Assembly: GCA_963762545.1 (NCBI GenBank)
Contig: CAVXLC010000002.1
Coordinates: forward strand, 1,120,356 to 1,184,355
Source of the DNA: an uncultured Gemmatimonadales bacterium
Lineage (GTDB): Bacteria; Gemmatimonadota; Gemmatimonadetes; Gemmatimonadales; GWC2-71-9
Reading direction: 5' to 3'
Length of the DNA: 64,000 nucleotides
Shown: piece by piece, positions 1 through 9,671 of the stretch
Numbering within the stretch: the first letter of the stretch is position 1
Layout of the letters: the number at the start of each line of letters is the position of its first letter
Notes under the pieces: generated by a model
Databases searched by the model: none
What the model saw: only the letters and a program-made list of their open reading frames with translations
Told to the model about the DNA's origin: nothing
Translations under genes and position numbers: made by a program

Positions 1-1
1 G

Positions 2-574
2 TTGGCCACGTCACCGGGGCCGGCGCCGATGCGCTCCGGCCAGCGTGGGGGAGTGACGAGCATCAGCGTGGGCGCGGTGGGCCCGGCCAACTCCGGGGCC
101 TCGATTCTCTACGAGCGGGCGCTCGGGGGCAGCCAGACGTGGGAGACCCTGGGATGCCTTCCCGGCGGCACGTTGGCCTATGACGTCAACCTGCAGCCGG
201 GAACTTCCTATACCTATCGGATGACTTCGGTGAGCTCGGTGGCGGGCACGGGACAGACGCTGTGGAATCTGCAGACGGACCTCCCCGCCGACACCCCGAT
301 CCTGACGGCGCAGTTGAGTGGTCAGTCGCGGGTCTACCTCTCCTGGCGGGGGGTCGCCGGCGCGGAAGGCTACCGGATCACGTCGAGCTACGGGTACTCC
401 ATGCTGGTACCCCAGCCAGCGAATTATTCCCAGGCCGGGCTCAACGCGCTGAACGTTCCGGCAGGCACCCAGGTCTTCACGCTGACGGTGCTCTACCCGG
501 TGGGGCAGCCCAATCCCAAACCGCCCAGCCAGGCTACGGTGGTCGTACCGGTTCCCAACCCGAATCCGACCTGA
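2..574 (+). CDS. C-terminal part of a secreted or surface protein with fibronectin-type-III-like repeats (5' end outside window)
   Basis: The ORF is open to the window edge. It has two Fn3-like modules (LQPGTSYTYRM; YLSWRGVAGAEGYRI) and a Pro/Asn-rich tail. Third codon positions are G/C-rich. Confidence 0.5.
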   Translation: MATSPGPAPMRSGQRGGVTSISVGAVGPANSGASILYERALGGSQTWETLGCLPGGTLAYDVNLQPGTSYTYRMTSVSSVAGTGQTLWNLQTDLPADTPILTAQLSGQSRVYLSWRGVAGAEGYRITSSYGYSMLVPQPANYSQAGLNALNVPAGTQVFTLTVLYPVGQPNPKPPSQATVVVPVPNPNPT

Positions 575-643
575 TGCGGGGCGGCACATGACCCGCGGGA
601 TCGTCCTTCGCACCAATTCAGGGAGGCGAACATGCCGGGCCCG

Positions 644-2695
644 TCAGTGCCCCGCGTTTTGCTGGAGCCGGGCCAGGTGAAGCCGGGTCTCGCGCAGCAC
701 GGGCAGGTCGGGATCGGCCTCCTTCCACCGATCCAGGAGGGTCTGCAGCGCGGCGCGTGCCGTCGCGGAATCGCCGAGGGATTCCGCGAGCCGAGCCACC
801 TCGAGCGGCGCGAGCACCCAGTCTGCCTGGGTATCGCGGCCGAATCCGTCGCTGCGCGCGAAGGCGGCGGCGGCAGTCAGCGCCGAATCGAGGGCACCGC
901 GGCCCTCGAGGATCCGGCCGACCAGCCCGGCGCGCCAATCCGACAGGCGCGGATCGATATCGCTCTGAATCGCATCGTAGGCGGCGTCCGGCGCGCCCCG
1001 CGCCAGGTCGAGCTCGGCGCTGAGCAGCGCGTGGGCGCTGCGGTCCGTGGAATTCTCAGGCTTGAGCGCGGCCTGGATCCGCCCGAGCACCTCTCGCGCG
1101 TCGCCGAGCCGGTTGGCGCGCACCAGGACCCGGCCGAGGAGCGCGAGGAACATCGGCTCGACGTACTGGCCGCGCGCCACGTGCAGCGCGTCGTTCAATG
1201 GGCGCCCGGCCAGTCCGGGTACCCCGCGAACCAGATAGGCTTCGGCGAGCAGGGCGTCGTTCCGGAGCTGGGAGAGTCCGGCACCCGATTCGCGGGAGAG
1301 CACCACCGCCGTGCTCAGGTGCTCGATGGCGGTGCGATAGTGGCCGCGCAGCATGTCGAGATACGCCAGGGAGCGATGGCCCCGGGCCTGGTCGTTCGGT
1401 TCGGGGAGCGCGAGCATGCGGCGAAAGGCGGCCTCCGCTTCCGCGTACCGCCCCAGCCGTACGTAGACGCCGCCCCATTCATGATTGATGAAGTTGGTGA
1501 TCAGGGCGGTCGAGTCGACCCGTTCCGCGGCTGCGTAGGCGTCCAGCGCAAGGCGGTTCTCACCGGTCGCCTTGTAGCAGGTCGCGATATTCACATAGGT
1601 GTTGGCGGCGCTCGAGTCGAACGTCAGGGCGCGCTGCAGGGCGGAGAGTCCTTCCCGGCACCGGTCCAGCCGCATGAGATCGGTGCCGTAGTTGTACCAG
1701 GTGTCCCTGGACGGGTACCGCTCCGCCAGGAGACCGTCGATCCGGCTCTCCTCGGCCCGGTCTCCCTTGGCGCCGGCCAGCCGGCTGTCGAGCACGAGCT
1801 GCTCCCGGAACGTGAGATGGTCCCGGAAGCGGAGCGCCATGGCGTAATGGGCATCGCCGGTAGGCCGGTCGTTGATGAAATAGTAGAGCGAGCCGAGTGC
1901 GGCATGGGCCAGGGCAAATCCGGAGTCGAGCGCCACCGCCTCCTGGAACAGGTGTTGGGCCCGGTCGTACTTGGCGTGACGCCACGATTCCGACCCCTCG
2001 GCGAACAGCTTGAGCGCCTCGAGGGAGCTCGTGGTAACGAGCGGAAGCGGCGGAAGGCTGTCCCGGTAGCGCCGGAGGTCGCCGGCACCGGCCTGCATCT
2101 TCCGGAGCAGCCGGTCGAGTCCGTCGATCACCTGGTCGAGCCCGGACACCGAAACCCGATACACCGCGAGGCTCGCCCCGTCCGCGGGGGAGAGCAGGCG
2201 ACCGGTCAGGTCGTACCGTTCACCCACCTTGGTCACGGTCAGCGAGAACGCCGCCCGGGCATTCTCGCGCGCGGCGACCTCGACCGCGAGGGAATCGGTC
2301 AGGACCGTGTCTCGGGAACGGCCCATGCGCCGGAGGGCCTCGGCGACCCGGGTCCGCGAGAGGGGAATCAGGTGACGGGACTGCTGCAACCCGACATTGG
2401 CGGCCGTGGCGAGCGCGCGCGACAGGCGAGGATCTCCGGTCAGGTCCACCGGATCGGCCATCACCACGACGCTTCCGGCGGGGAACGCGGTTTGCCTGGC
2501 GAGCAACGAGGACACCAGCCAGAGGCCGAACAGCGCGACCGCGACAACGCCCGCCGACAGGATCCAGCGCGTGCGCGACCAGCGATGGCGGAGCGACATT
2601 CGCTCGCTTGGCGCCGGCGCTGGCGCCGCGGCCGCGGGGGCCGGGGCGGGGGGGGCGGCGATCGGCCGACAGTGCCGGGGGCCGCGCCGCGCCAT
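644..2695 (-). CDS. membrane-anchored tetratricopeptide-repeat protein (possibly the C-terminal portion of a fused BTAD regulator, see findings)
   Basis: 683-aa ORF. An Ala/Pro linker precedes one TM helix (WILSAGVVAVALFGLWLVSSLL), followed by many TPR-like helix pairs (e.g. AHAALGSLYY, RLGRYAEAEAAFRRMLAL, NTYVNIATCYKATGENRLALDAY). An alternative ATG lies at 2599. Confidence 0.75.
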   Translation of the reverse strand: MARRGPRHCRPIAAPPAPAPAAAAPAPAPSERMSLRHRWSRTRWILSAGVVAVALFGLWLVSSLLARQTAFPAGSVVVMADPVDLTGDPRLSRALATAANVGLQQSRHLIPLSRTRVAEALRRMGRSRDTVLTDSLAVEVAARENARAAFSLTVTKVGERYDLTGRLLSPADGASLAVYRVSVSGLDQVIDGLDRLLRKMQAGAGDLRRYRDSLPPLPLVTTSSLEALKLFAEGSESWRHAKYDRAQHLFQEAVALDSGFALAHAALGSLYYFINDRPTGDAHYAMALRFRDHLTFREQLVLDSRLAGAKGDRAEESRIDGLLAERYPSRDTWYNYGTDLMRLDRCREGLSALQRALTFDSSAANTYVNIATCYKATGENRLALDAYAAAERVDSTALITNFINHEWGGVYVRLGRYAEAEAAFRRMLALPEPNDQARGHRSLAYLDMLRGHYRTAIEHLSTAVVLSRESGAGLSQLRNDALLAEAYLVRGVPGLAGRPLNDALHVARGQYVEPMFLALLGRVLVRANRLGDAREVLGRIQAALKPENSTDRSAHALLSAELDLARGAPDAAYDAIQSDIDPRLSDWRAGLVGRILEGRGALDSALTAAAAFARSDGFGRDTQADWVLAPLEVARLAESLGDSATARAALQTLLDRWKEADPDLPVLRETRLHLARLQQNAGH

Positions 2696-3468
2696 TCCCC
2701 GCCGGCGAGGCGGGTCAGCAGCGCGCCGACCGCCGGGTCCGGCTGGGCTCCGAGCTCCTGGCGCCGGGCCAGCTCGTGGGACCGGCCGTACTGGATGGCC
2801 CCGGCGACATCCCCGGCGTCGGCGAGCGATGTCATGTACCCGAGCGCGATCCGGGAATTGAGCGGTGCCAGCACGGTCAGGCGCCGCCAGTGCGCCGACG
2901 CGTCTTCCAGCCGGCCCGTGTCGGACGCCTGGCGCGCCGCGGCCTCCATGACCTGCATCGCGAGCTCGCGAAGCCGGGTCCGCTCGATTTCCGCCCAGCG
3001 CTCGAATTCGTCGGCGACCGGGATGTAGAAGCCGTCGAGAAACGGCCCGGTGTAGAGCCGGGCCGCGCCCTCGAGGTCCCCCCGGGCCCGGGCCTCGAGG
3101 AATTCGGCGAGATCGCTCCCCAGCTGGTCGGGGTCCAGCAACAGCTCGGCGGGCGCGGATCGAATCAGGTCATCGCCCAGCTCGCGCCGGAAGCTGTAGA
3201 GGGTCTGGGCGAGCGCGTGGCGCGCTTTGGTCTCGGTGGAGTCGGGCCAGAGGAGCAACAGCAGGCGATCCCGGCTGATGCCGTGCTCGCCGGCGGCCAC
3301 GACGGCGGCCAGGAGGCCCAGACGACGCGGACTGGTCCCGCCGACCCGCTGGCCGTCTCGGTCCAACCACAGCCCGCCGAACGTCCGTAGTCGGAACACG
3401 AGGCTCCGCGCTGTCTGGGCAGGGATGCAGGATTGATTCGAGAGTGACGGCGCCGTCGCACCGTCCAA
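2461..3468 (-). CDS. SARP/BTAD-family transcriptional regulator (winged-helix DNA-binding domain plus BTAD domain)
   Basis: FRLRTFGGLWLDRDGQRV...HGISRDRLLLLLWPD resembles an OmpR-type winged helix. It is followed by BTAD-type helices (LYTGPFLDGFY, FERWAEIERTRLRELA, HELARRQELGAQPDPAV). The start is TTG 3468 or GTG 3399. The last ~70 codons are Pro/Arg-rich low complexity and overlap ORF 644..2695 out of frame. Confidence 0.7.
   Translation of the reverse strand: MDGATAPSLSNQSCIPAQTARSLVFRLRTFGGLWLDRDGQRVGGTSPRRLGLLAAVVAAGEHGISRDRLLLLLWPDSTETKARHALAQTLYSFRRELGDDLIRSAPAELLLDPDQLGSDLAEFLEARARGDLEGAARLYTGPFLDGFYIPVADEFERWAEIERTRLRELAMQVMEAAARQASDTGRLEDASAHWRRLTVLAPLNSRIALGYMTSLADAGDVAGAIQYGRSHELARRQELGAQPDPAVGALLTRLAGGEWRGAAPGTVGRSPPPPPRPPRPRRQRRRQASECRSAIAGRARAGSCRRALSRSRCSASGWCPRCSPGKPRSPPEASW
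2648..2655. repeat. G8 (C8 on the coding strand) homopolymer inside the BTAD/TPR ORF overlap
   Basis: Read directly from the sequence: ccggggc-GGGGGGGG-cggcg. Confidence 0.95.
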
Positions 3469-3536
3469 CGCAAACTAGCTGGCCCGCTCCGATCCCGGCA
3501 AGCGGACCGAATCGAGGCCGACGGTACCCGGGAAGG

Positions 3537-4055
3537 ATGGCACCATTGCCGCTGGGAGCCCTGGTTTTCACGCTGCTGATCGCCGGCTCGGTGCCGGCAC
3601 AGACGGTCCCGCCGAGCCGCGGGCCGGCTTCGGTCGCGGCGGCGGACTGCCCGAGCGCCCATCCGCGGGTCCTGCTCGGGCTCGTGGCTCGGCCGCTCAC
3701 GCTCACCGAGATGGTGAGCGAGCTGGAGCGGGGATGTCTCGCGCTCGATGATGTGCGGTTCCGCCCGGGCCAGGACACGATCGAGTCGCTGTCGCCAGCG
3801 CAATTCGCGCTGGTGGCGCGGGCGCTGGGCCTGGCCCACGGTGCCTATCGGGTGGCGGTGCCGCCGGAGGCCGCGCCCGGAGGACAGCCCGACACGCTGC
3901 AGGCTCGACGCCGGGGAGCCCGGTTGCGAGACGAGCTGGTCCACTACGGCGCATCGTCGGGCCGCCTGCTCGAGGATCCCGGCTGGCCTACCTCACCGCT
4001 GGTGGTCGCGCCCGGCGCGGCGGTGCCAATGCTGGTCCGGGTACCGGACCAATGA
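3537..4055 (+). CDS. secreted protein with a weak OmpA-C-like domain
   Basis: Signal-peptide-like N-terminus MAPLPLGALVFTLLIAGSVPAQ, preceded by GGGAAGG. The segment DDVRFRPGQDTI...LSPAQFALVARAL...ARRRGARLRDELVHYG loosely follows the OmpA_C pattern. Confidence 0.4.
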   Translation: MAPLPLGALVFTLLIAGSVPAQTVPPSRGPASVAAADCPSAHPRVLLGLVARPLTLTEMVSELERGCLALDDVRFRPGQDTIESLSPAQFALVARALGLAHGAYRVAVPPEAAPGGQPDTLQARRRGARLRDELVHYGASSGRLLEDPGWPTSPLVVAPGAAVPMLVRVPDQ

Positions 4056-4083
4056 CGCTCGTCCTTCTCTCCGGAGCCATGCA

Positions 4084-4569
4084 ATGAAACCGTTGAACCT
4101 GGAAGAACTAACCCGCAGAGCATTTCTGATTCGTTCTGCCGTCGCGCTCGGGGGGGTCGCGCCGCTGGTGAAGGTCTTTCCGGCGACGGCCCTCGGGGCG
4201 CTACAGGGCAGGCCCCCGCTGTCGGAGGCAAGTCTCGGCAGCTACATCCAGACCGCGCGGTCCCAGGGCACCCTCGCCGTCAACGGCCTCGTCACGGAGG
4301 TGCGCTCGGACCTCCGGGCCTTCCTGCGCAAGCGGTTCGCCCTGAGCCCCGTTCAGGAGGCGTTCGTCTCCGGGCTCACGACGACGGACCTCACCAACAT
4401 CGGGACGGCATTCGAACGGGGGCTCACCGGCCGGAACGAACTCCGGATTCAGATGCCGGAGCCCGGCCTGGCAAAAGGGAAGTGCGCCATGACGGTCAAT
4501 CGTGGCGAGGGTCCGCGGGTGGCGGGGGCGACCACGGAGACTTGGTCCGTCGTGGTGATGAGGCCCTAG
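4084..4569 (+). CDS. hypothetical exported protein with a twin-arginine-type signal
   Basis: The N-terminus is MKPLNLEELTRRAFLIRSAVALGGVAPL (an RRxFL Tat motif plus a hydrophobic region). No recognisable catalytic domain. Confidence 0.5.
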   Translation: MKPLNLEELTRRAFLIRSAVALGGVAPLVKVFPATALGALQGRPPLSEASLGSYIQTARSQGTLAVNGLVTEVRSDLRAFLRKRFALSPVQEAFVSGLTTTDLTNIGTAFERGLTGRNELRIQMPEPGLAKGKCAMTVNRGEGPRVAGATTETWSVVVMRP

Positions 4570-4704
4570 GGCGGGCCGGTCCACCGAGGACGGGACGCCG
4601 CCGCGAGGGTCAATCAGCCGCCACCACGGGAAGGATGAACATCGAATGTACCGATCCGGTGATCGCCGTTTCGTGACGCTCGGAACGATCGGTTCAATGA
4701 ATTC

Positions 4705-5505
4705 ATGAGAAAGGCAGGGTTCATGCGCATACTCGCCACGTCCTGTCTGCTGCTGGTTGCGGGAGCGCTCCGCAGCGAGGCACAGGTTACCCCCGTGCAT
4801 CCCCGCCAGCCGGTCCCGATCTCCGGCCGCCTGGCGGTGCCCATCGGCGCGAATCGTCTGCGAGCCACGCTGCTGACCGGCACCAGCCCCAACAGTGGAC
4901 GGCAGGGACAACGTGGGCTGCTCGTGGCGGTGAACGGGGCATCAACCAGTTTCGCGGCGGGCGTCACCACGGTCAGCTTCGGACCAGGGGTGACGGTGAA
5001 AGGGCCGGTTCAGGTCGCTTCACCGGCCAGCGCCACCGCCACGGTCGACATCGATTTCGGCGCGCCGACCGGAGCCCACACGGTGACCGTGACGTCGGGA
5101 ACCGAAGTCGTGTCCCTTCCAGGCGGCTTTACGGTCACACCCCAGCCCGACAATTTCGCCGATGTCTGTGGCGCCGCCACCCAGTTTCAGTTGCCCCAGT
5201 CCGGAATGAGCCTGATGTTCGACGGTGTGCTGGACTATGCGGGGGGCCAAGACTGGTTTGTCATCAATTTCGGGCAGGCCGCGAGCCTGAGCCTGACGCT
5301 TTCGGCGGCCGCGCCCGGACCGGAGTTCGACCTGGCGGTACTGACGAGCTGCGCGAATGCCCCGATCGCCTCCACCACCCCGGGCAACCCGTCGAAGCAG
5401 GTGACGATCCCGAGCAGTGGCCCGCACTCCGTCCTCGTGGTCGTCCGGGGGACTCACTGGGACATCGCGGCGCCACGGTTCAGGTTGATTGCGGTCGCCA
5501 AGTAG
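4705..5505 (+). CDS. secreted protein with an Ig-like domain and a pre-peptidase-C-terminal-like domain
   Basis: Signal peptide MRILATSCLLLVAGALRSEAQ. The more likely start is ATG 4723, which follows AAGGCAGGG. It has an Ig-like segment (TVSFGPGVTV...AHTVTVTSGTEVVSLPGGFTV) and a C-terminal DWFVINFGQAASLSLTL...VLVVVRG pattern. Confidence 0.5.
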   Translation: MRKAGFMRILATSCLLLVAGALRSEAQVTPVHPRQPVPISGRLAVPIGANRLRATLLTGTSPNSGRQGQRGLLVAVNGASTSFAAGVTTVSFGPGVTVKGPVQVASPASATATVDIDFGAPTGAHTVTVTSGTEVVSLPGGFTVTPQPDNFADVCGAATQFQLPQSGMSLMFDGVLDYAGGQDWFVINFGQAASLSLTLSAAAPGPEFDLAVLTSCANAPIASTTPGNPSKQVTIPSSGPHSVLVVVRGTHWDIAAPRFRLIAVAK

Positions 5506-5522
5506 GACTCGCCCGACGCTCC

Positions 5523-6101
5523 CTACAGGCGCGGCAGGGTGACCCCCCGCTGCGCCTGGTATTTCCCCTTCTTGTCGGCGTAGCTGGTCTCGCAGACATC
5601 GTCGTCGTCGGCCTCGAAGAAGAGCACCTGGCAGATGCCCTCGTTGGCGTAGATCTTCGCGGGGAGCGGGGTGGTGTTGCTGATCTCCAGGGTGACGTGG
5701 CCCTCCCACTCGGGCTCGAAGGGCGTCACGTTGGTGATGATGCCGCAGCGGGCGTAGGTGGACTTGCCCACGCAGATCGTGAGCACGTTCCGGGGAATGC
5801 GGAAGTATTCCACCGACCTGGCCAGGGCAAAACTGTTGGGCGGGACGATGCACACCTCGCCCTCGTACTCGACGAAGCTCTTGGGGTCGAACTCCTTGGG
5901 ATCCACGATCGCCGAGAGCACGTTGGTGAAGATCTTGAACTCGGGCGCCACCCGCATATCGTAGCCGTAGGAGCTCACGCCATAGGAGATGACCTTCTTG
6001 CCGAGGCGGTCGGTCTCCCGCACCTGGCTGTCGGTAAACGGGTCGATCATCCGGTGTTCGAGCGCCATCCGGCGGATCCAGCGGTCGGATTTGATGGACA
6101 T
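5523..6101 (-). CDS. dcd: dCTP deaminase
   Basis: [13 protein letters not shown]...SSYGYDMRV...[47 protein letters not shown] is a full-length Dcd signature. The start was taken at the internal ATG of the 232-aa ORF. Confidence 0.9.
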   Translation of the reverse strand: MSIKSDRWIRRMALEHRMIDPFTDSQVRETDRLGKKVISYGVSSYGYDMRVAPEFKIFTNVLSAIVDPKEFDPKSFVEYEGEVCIVPPNSFALARSVEYFRIPRNVLTICVGKSTYARCGIITNVTPFEPEWEGHVTLEISNTTPLPAKIYANEGICQVLFFEADDDDVCETSYADKKGKYQAQRGVTLPRL

Positions 6102-6179
6102 GAGGGCCCGGAGCTTGAGGATGTCGGGAATCGGGGAGGCTAAATATAACCCCCACAGAAAGTTGCCCCACCCGGCCGG

Positions 6180-6208
6180 TTGAACTGGACACCCCTGCGA
6201 GTTACAAT
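6180..6208 (+). promoter_or_regulatory. sigma70-like promoter for the nuo operon (TTGAAC-N17-TACAAT)
   Basis: The hexamers were read at 6180-6185 and 6203-6208 with a 17-nt spacer, in the dcd/nuoA divergent intergenic region. Confidence 0.5.
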
Positions 6209-6231
6209 TGGGCCAACCCAAACCCCTCGGA

Positions 6232-6597
6232 ATGCTCCAACCCTACGTTCCGCTCCTCGTCCTGATCGCATTCGTGGTGGCGAACGCCATTTTGATCCTG
6301 GCGCTCTCCCACGTCTTGTCCAGCTATCGACGAACTCCGGTCAAATCGGCGCCCTATGAATCCGGCATCCCGGTGCTGGGGGACGCCCGCGAACGGTTTT
6401 CGATCAAGTTCTACCTCGTCGCGATGCTCTTCATCATCTTCGACATCGAGACGGTGTTCATGATTCCCTGGGCGGTGGCCTTCCGCCAGCTCGCCGACAT
6501 CAGCGGGCTGCTGATCGTCGAGATGTTCGTCTTCATTGCCGTCCTGGGCGTCGGGTACGTGTACATCTGGAAGCGCGGGGCTCTGCAATGGGATTGA
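6232..6597 (+). CDS. nuoA: NADH-quinone oxidoreductase subunit A
   Basis: [23 protein letters not shown] motif. ATG 6232 was preferred over TTG 6208 because the -10 hexamer overlaps 6208. Confidence 0.9.
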   Translation: MLQPYVPLLVLIAFVVANAILILALSHVLSSYRRTPVKSAPYESGIPVLGDARERFSIKFYLVAMLFIIFDIETVFMIPWAVAFRQLADISGLLIVEMFVFIAVLGVGYVYIWKRGALQWD

Positions 6598-7214
6598 CGA
6601 CGCCGGAATCCGAGCGGGAGCCGACCGAGGCGGAGCTGGCCGGGGTCTCTCCCAATTTTCTCACTACCACGCTGTCCGCGGTGAGCAACTGGGGCCGGGC
6701 GAATTCCCTCTGGCCCATGCCGTTCGGCACCGCCTGCTGTGCCATCGAGTTCATGGCCTCGGCCGCCGGCCGGTTCGATCTGGCCCGCTTCGGCATGGAG
6801 CGGATGAGCTTCTCGCCCCGGCAGGCCGATCTGCTGATCTGCGCCGGGCGGCTTCCGTTCAAGCTGGCGCCGATCATTCGGCGGATCTGGGACCAGATGC
6901 CCCAGCCGAAGTGGTCCATCAGCATGGGGGCCTGCGCCTCCACCGGAGGCATCTTCGATACCTATACGATGGTGCAGGGCATCGACACCATCATCCCGGT
7001 CGACGTCTACGTGCCCGGCTGCCCGCCCCGCCCGGAAGGCCTGATTTACGGCATCACGATGCTGCAGAAGAAGATCAAGGGGGAGAGCCTCTCGGACCCG
7101 ACGCTCCGGGTCGAGCACCTGGTGGACGACCGAGGCTTCTTTCTTCCGCCCGAAAAGATCGACGAGATCTCGGAGCCCTTCGGCAATTCGGTGCACCAGA
7201 CGAGGTCGGCGTGA
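6588..7214 (+). CDS. nuoB: NADH-quinone oxidoreductase subunit B
   Basis: [21 protein letters not shown] and PGCPPRPE motifs (ligands of cluster N2). Confidence 0.95.
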   Translation: MGLTTPESEREPTEAELAGVSPNFLTTTLSAVSNWGRANSLWPMPFGTACCAIEFMASAAGRFDLARFGMERMSFSPRQADLLICAGRLPFKLAPIIRRIWDQMPQPKWSISMGACASTGGIFDTYTMVQGIDTIIPVDVYVPGCPPRPEGLIYGITMLQKKIKGESLSDPTLRVEHLVDDRGFFLPPEKIDEISEPFGNSVHQTRSA

Positions 7215-7870
7215 GCGCACCCGCCCCGAGCTCTCCCGCCGGCGCCCCGGGCGCGAGGGGAGCGTCGCCCTCGGTCGCGGCGCTCAGGGCCGCCTTCGGC
7301 CCGGCCATTCTCCGGAGCCAGGTGTCCTGCGGCGATTCCATCGTGTGGGTCGATCGGGGCCGCGCGCACGACGTCCTGGCCTGGCTGCGCGACACCCCGG
7401 CCCAGGAATTCAACTATCTGACCGACATCACCGCGGTGGATTACCGGGACCCCGAACGGGCCCTCGAGGTGGTGTACCAGCTCCGCTCGCTCGCCCGGAA
7501 GGCCGACCTCCGGATCAAGATTCCGCTCGACAAGTCCCAGGCGCTGGAGGTCGATTCGGTCTTCGATCTCTGGAAAGGCGCGGACTGGCTGGAGCGCGAG
7601 GTGTTCGACATGTTCGGCGTGACCTTCAAGGGACATCCCGACCTGCGCCGCATCCTCATGTGGGACACCTACGCCGAGGGCTTTCCCCTCCGCAAGGACT
7701 TCCCGCTGCGCGGACATTTCACGCGGGCCGAGCAGACCCGCCAGGCCCTGGCAGCCAACCCCGAGGCGCACTACTCGATCGAGGAGCTGAGCATCGCCGA
7801 GGCGTACGACGAGCTGCCCGAGGACGTGCGGCGGAGGCTGGCCCACGGAGACCGGGGGCGGGTGCCATGA
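7211..7870 (+). CDS. nuoC: NADH-quinone oxidoreductase subunit C
   Basis: GTG start overlapping the nuoB stop (GTGA). [24 protein letters not shown] motif. Confidence 0.9.
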   Translation: MSAPAPSSPAGAPGARGASPSVAALRAAFGPAILRSQVSCGDSIVWVDRGRAHDVLAWLRDTPAQEFNYLTDITAVDYRDPERALEVVYQLRSLARKADLRIKIPLDKSQALEVDSVFDLWKGADWLEREVFDMFGVTFKGHPDLRRILMWDTYAEGFPLRKDFPLRGHFTRAEQTRQALAANPEAHYSIEELSIAEAYDELPEDVRRRLAHGDRGRVP

Positions 7871-9156
7871 CCACGCGCACGCTGGAAATGGCGTTGTCCA
7901 CCCCGTCGCTCGACGCCCAGGGCCGCCCTTCGCGGGTGCCGCTCGGGGTGTCCGGCCGGGGCGACCCCAACGACGAGTTCGGAGCCGAGCCGATGCTGGT
8001 CAACATCGGTCCCCAGCACCCCGCGACCCACGGCGTGCTGCGCCTGGTGCTGGAGCTCGAAGGGGAGACGGTGGTGCGCTGCATTCCCCACATCGGGTAC
8101 CTGCATTCCGGATTCGAGAAACTGGGCGAGTACCGCCACTACAATCAGATCATTCCGCTCACCGACCGGACCGACTACCTGTCGCCGATGGCCAACAACG
8201 TTTGCCTGGCGCTGGCGGCCGAGAAGCTCATGGGCATCGAGATCACCGAGCGATGCGCGGTGCTGCGGGTGATCGCCTGCGAGATGAGCCGGATCATTTC
8301 CCACCTGGTCTGGCTCGGCACCACCGGCATCGACCTGGGCGCGTTCACGCCGTTCCTCTGGTCGTTCTACGAGCGGGAGCGGATCTACAACCTCCAGGAA
8401 GCCTGGACCGGGGCGCGGCTCACGACCAGCCTGACGCGGGTGGGCGGCATGATGGCGGACATTCCCGACGGGTTCGAGGAGAATCTGCGCGCCTACTGTC
8501 GGACCTTTCCCAAGACGCTGGATGAGGTGGACACGATGTTCACCCGGAACGCCATCTGGTGCGGGCGCACCCAGGGCGTCGGGGTCATCGGGCACGACGA
8601 GGCCATCAACTATTCGCTCTCCGGCCCCATGCTCCGGGCCAGCGGCGTCGACTACGACGTGCGGAAGGACCGACCCTATCTGGGCTACGACACCTACAAC
8701 TTCGACGTCCCGGTTGGCGAGCACGGCGACATCTACGATCGCTACCGGGTACGGCTCGAGGAGATGTACCAGTCCACCCGGATCCTGGAGCAGGCGCTGG
8801 ACCGACTGGCCACGCTCAAAGGCGCGCCAGTCAACGTCTCGGATCCCAAGGTGATTCTGCCGCCCAAGTCGCGCGCGATGAGCGACATGGAGGCGATGAT
8901 CTTCCACTTCAAGCAGGTCATGGAGGGGGTTCCCGCGCCCGCCGGCGAGGCGTATCTCGGCATCGAGAACCCCAAGGGCGAGCTCGGCTACTATTTCGTC
9001 GCCGACGGCACCGCCAAGCCGGTGCGCTGGCGGATCCGGCCGCCGTCCTTCATCAACCTCGCCTGCCTCCCCAAGCTCTGCGAGGGCGCGTTGCTGTCCG
9101 ACGTCATCGCCATCAATGCCAGCGTGGATATCGTCATGGGAGAAATCGACCGATGA
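7867..9156 (+). CDS. nuoD: NADH-quinone oxidoreductase subunit D
   Basis: ATGA overlap with nuoC. NIGPQHPATHGVLRLVLELEGE and the C-terminal IDIVMGEIDR motif. Confidence 0.95.
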   Translation: MTTRTLEMALSTPSLDAQGRPSRVPLGVSGRGDPNDEFGAEPMLVNIGPQHPATHGVLRLVLELEGETVVRCIPHIGYLHSGFEKLGEYRHYNQIIPLTDRTDYLSPMANNVCLALAAEKLMGIEITERCAVLRVIACEMSRIISHLVWLGTTGIDLGAFTPFLWSFYERERIYNLQEAWTGARLTTSLTRVGGMMADIPDGFEENLRAYCRTFPKTLDEVDTMFTRNAIWCGRTQGVGVIGHDEAINYSLSGPMLRASGVDYDVRKDRPYLGYDTYNFDVPVGEHGDIYDRYRVRLEEMYQSTRILEQALDRLATLKGAPVNVSDPKVILPPKSRAMSDMEAMIFHFKQVMEGVPAPAGEAYLGIENPKGELGYYFVADGTAKPVRWRIRPPSFINLACLPKLCEGALLSDVIAINASVDIVMGEIDR

Positions 9157-9671
9157 GCGGCGGCGCTGGCGCGGGCCACGGCGGGGAGGGGGAACATCAG
9201 CCGGTGTTCGTCGGCGGCGCCCGGGACAGGCTCGAGGCGCTGTTCCCCAAGTTTCCGACCAAGCAGGCCTGCCTGCTGCCCGCCCTGTGGATCATTCAGG
9301 AGGAGCGGGGCTGGATCTCCCCCGGCGCCATGGCCGAAGTGGCCAGCCTGCTCGGGCTCACGCCGGCGTACGTGCGGGGCGTGGTGACCTTCTACACGAT
9401 GTATCACACCCACCCGGTGGGCCGGCACTTCATCCAGGTCTGCACCACCTCGCCGTGCCACCTCTGCGGCTCCGACGACGTGGTCAAGGCGCTGCTCAAG
9501 GAGACCGGGTGCGGCGAGCTGGGCGCCACCAGCCCAGACGGCCGGTTTACCGTGATCGAGGTGGAGTGCCTCGGCGCCTGCGGCTTCGCGACGCCCATCC
9601 TGGTGGACAACGACTTCATCGAGAGCACCAGCCCCGAGCGCGTGCCCGGGATCCTGGCGGGGTACCGGTAA
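9153..9671 (+). CDS. nuoE: NADH-quinone oxidoreductase subunit E
   Basis: ATGA overlap with nuoD. 2Fe-2S ligand pattern CTTSPCHLCG...ECLGACG. Confidence 0.93.
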   Translation: MSGGAGAGHGGEGEHQPVFVGGARDRLEALFPKFPTKQACLLPALWIIQEERGWISPGAMAEVASLLGLTPAYVRGVVTFYTMYHTHPVGRHFIQVCTTSPCHLCGSDDVVKALLKETGCGELGATSPDGRFTVIEVECLGACGFATPILVDNDFIESTSPERVPGILAGYR

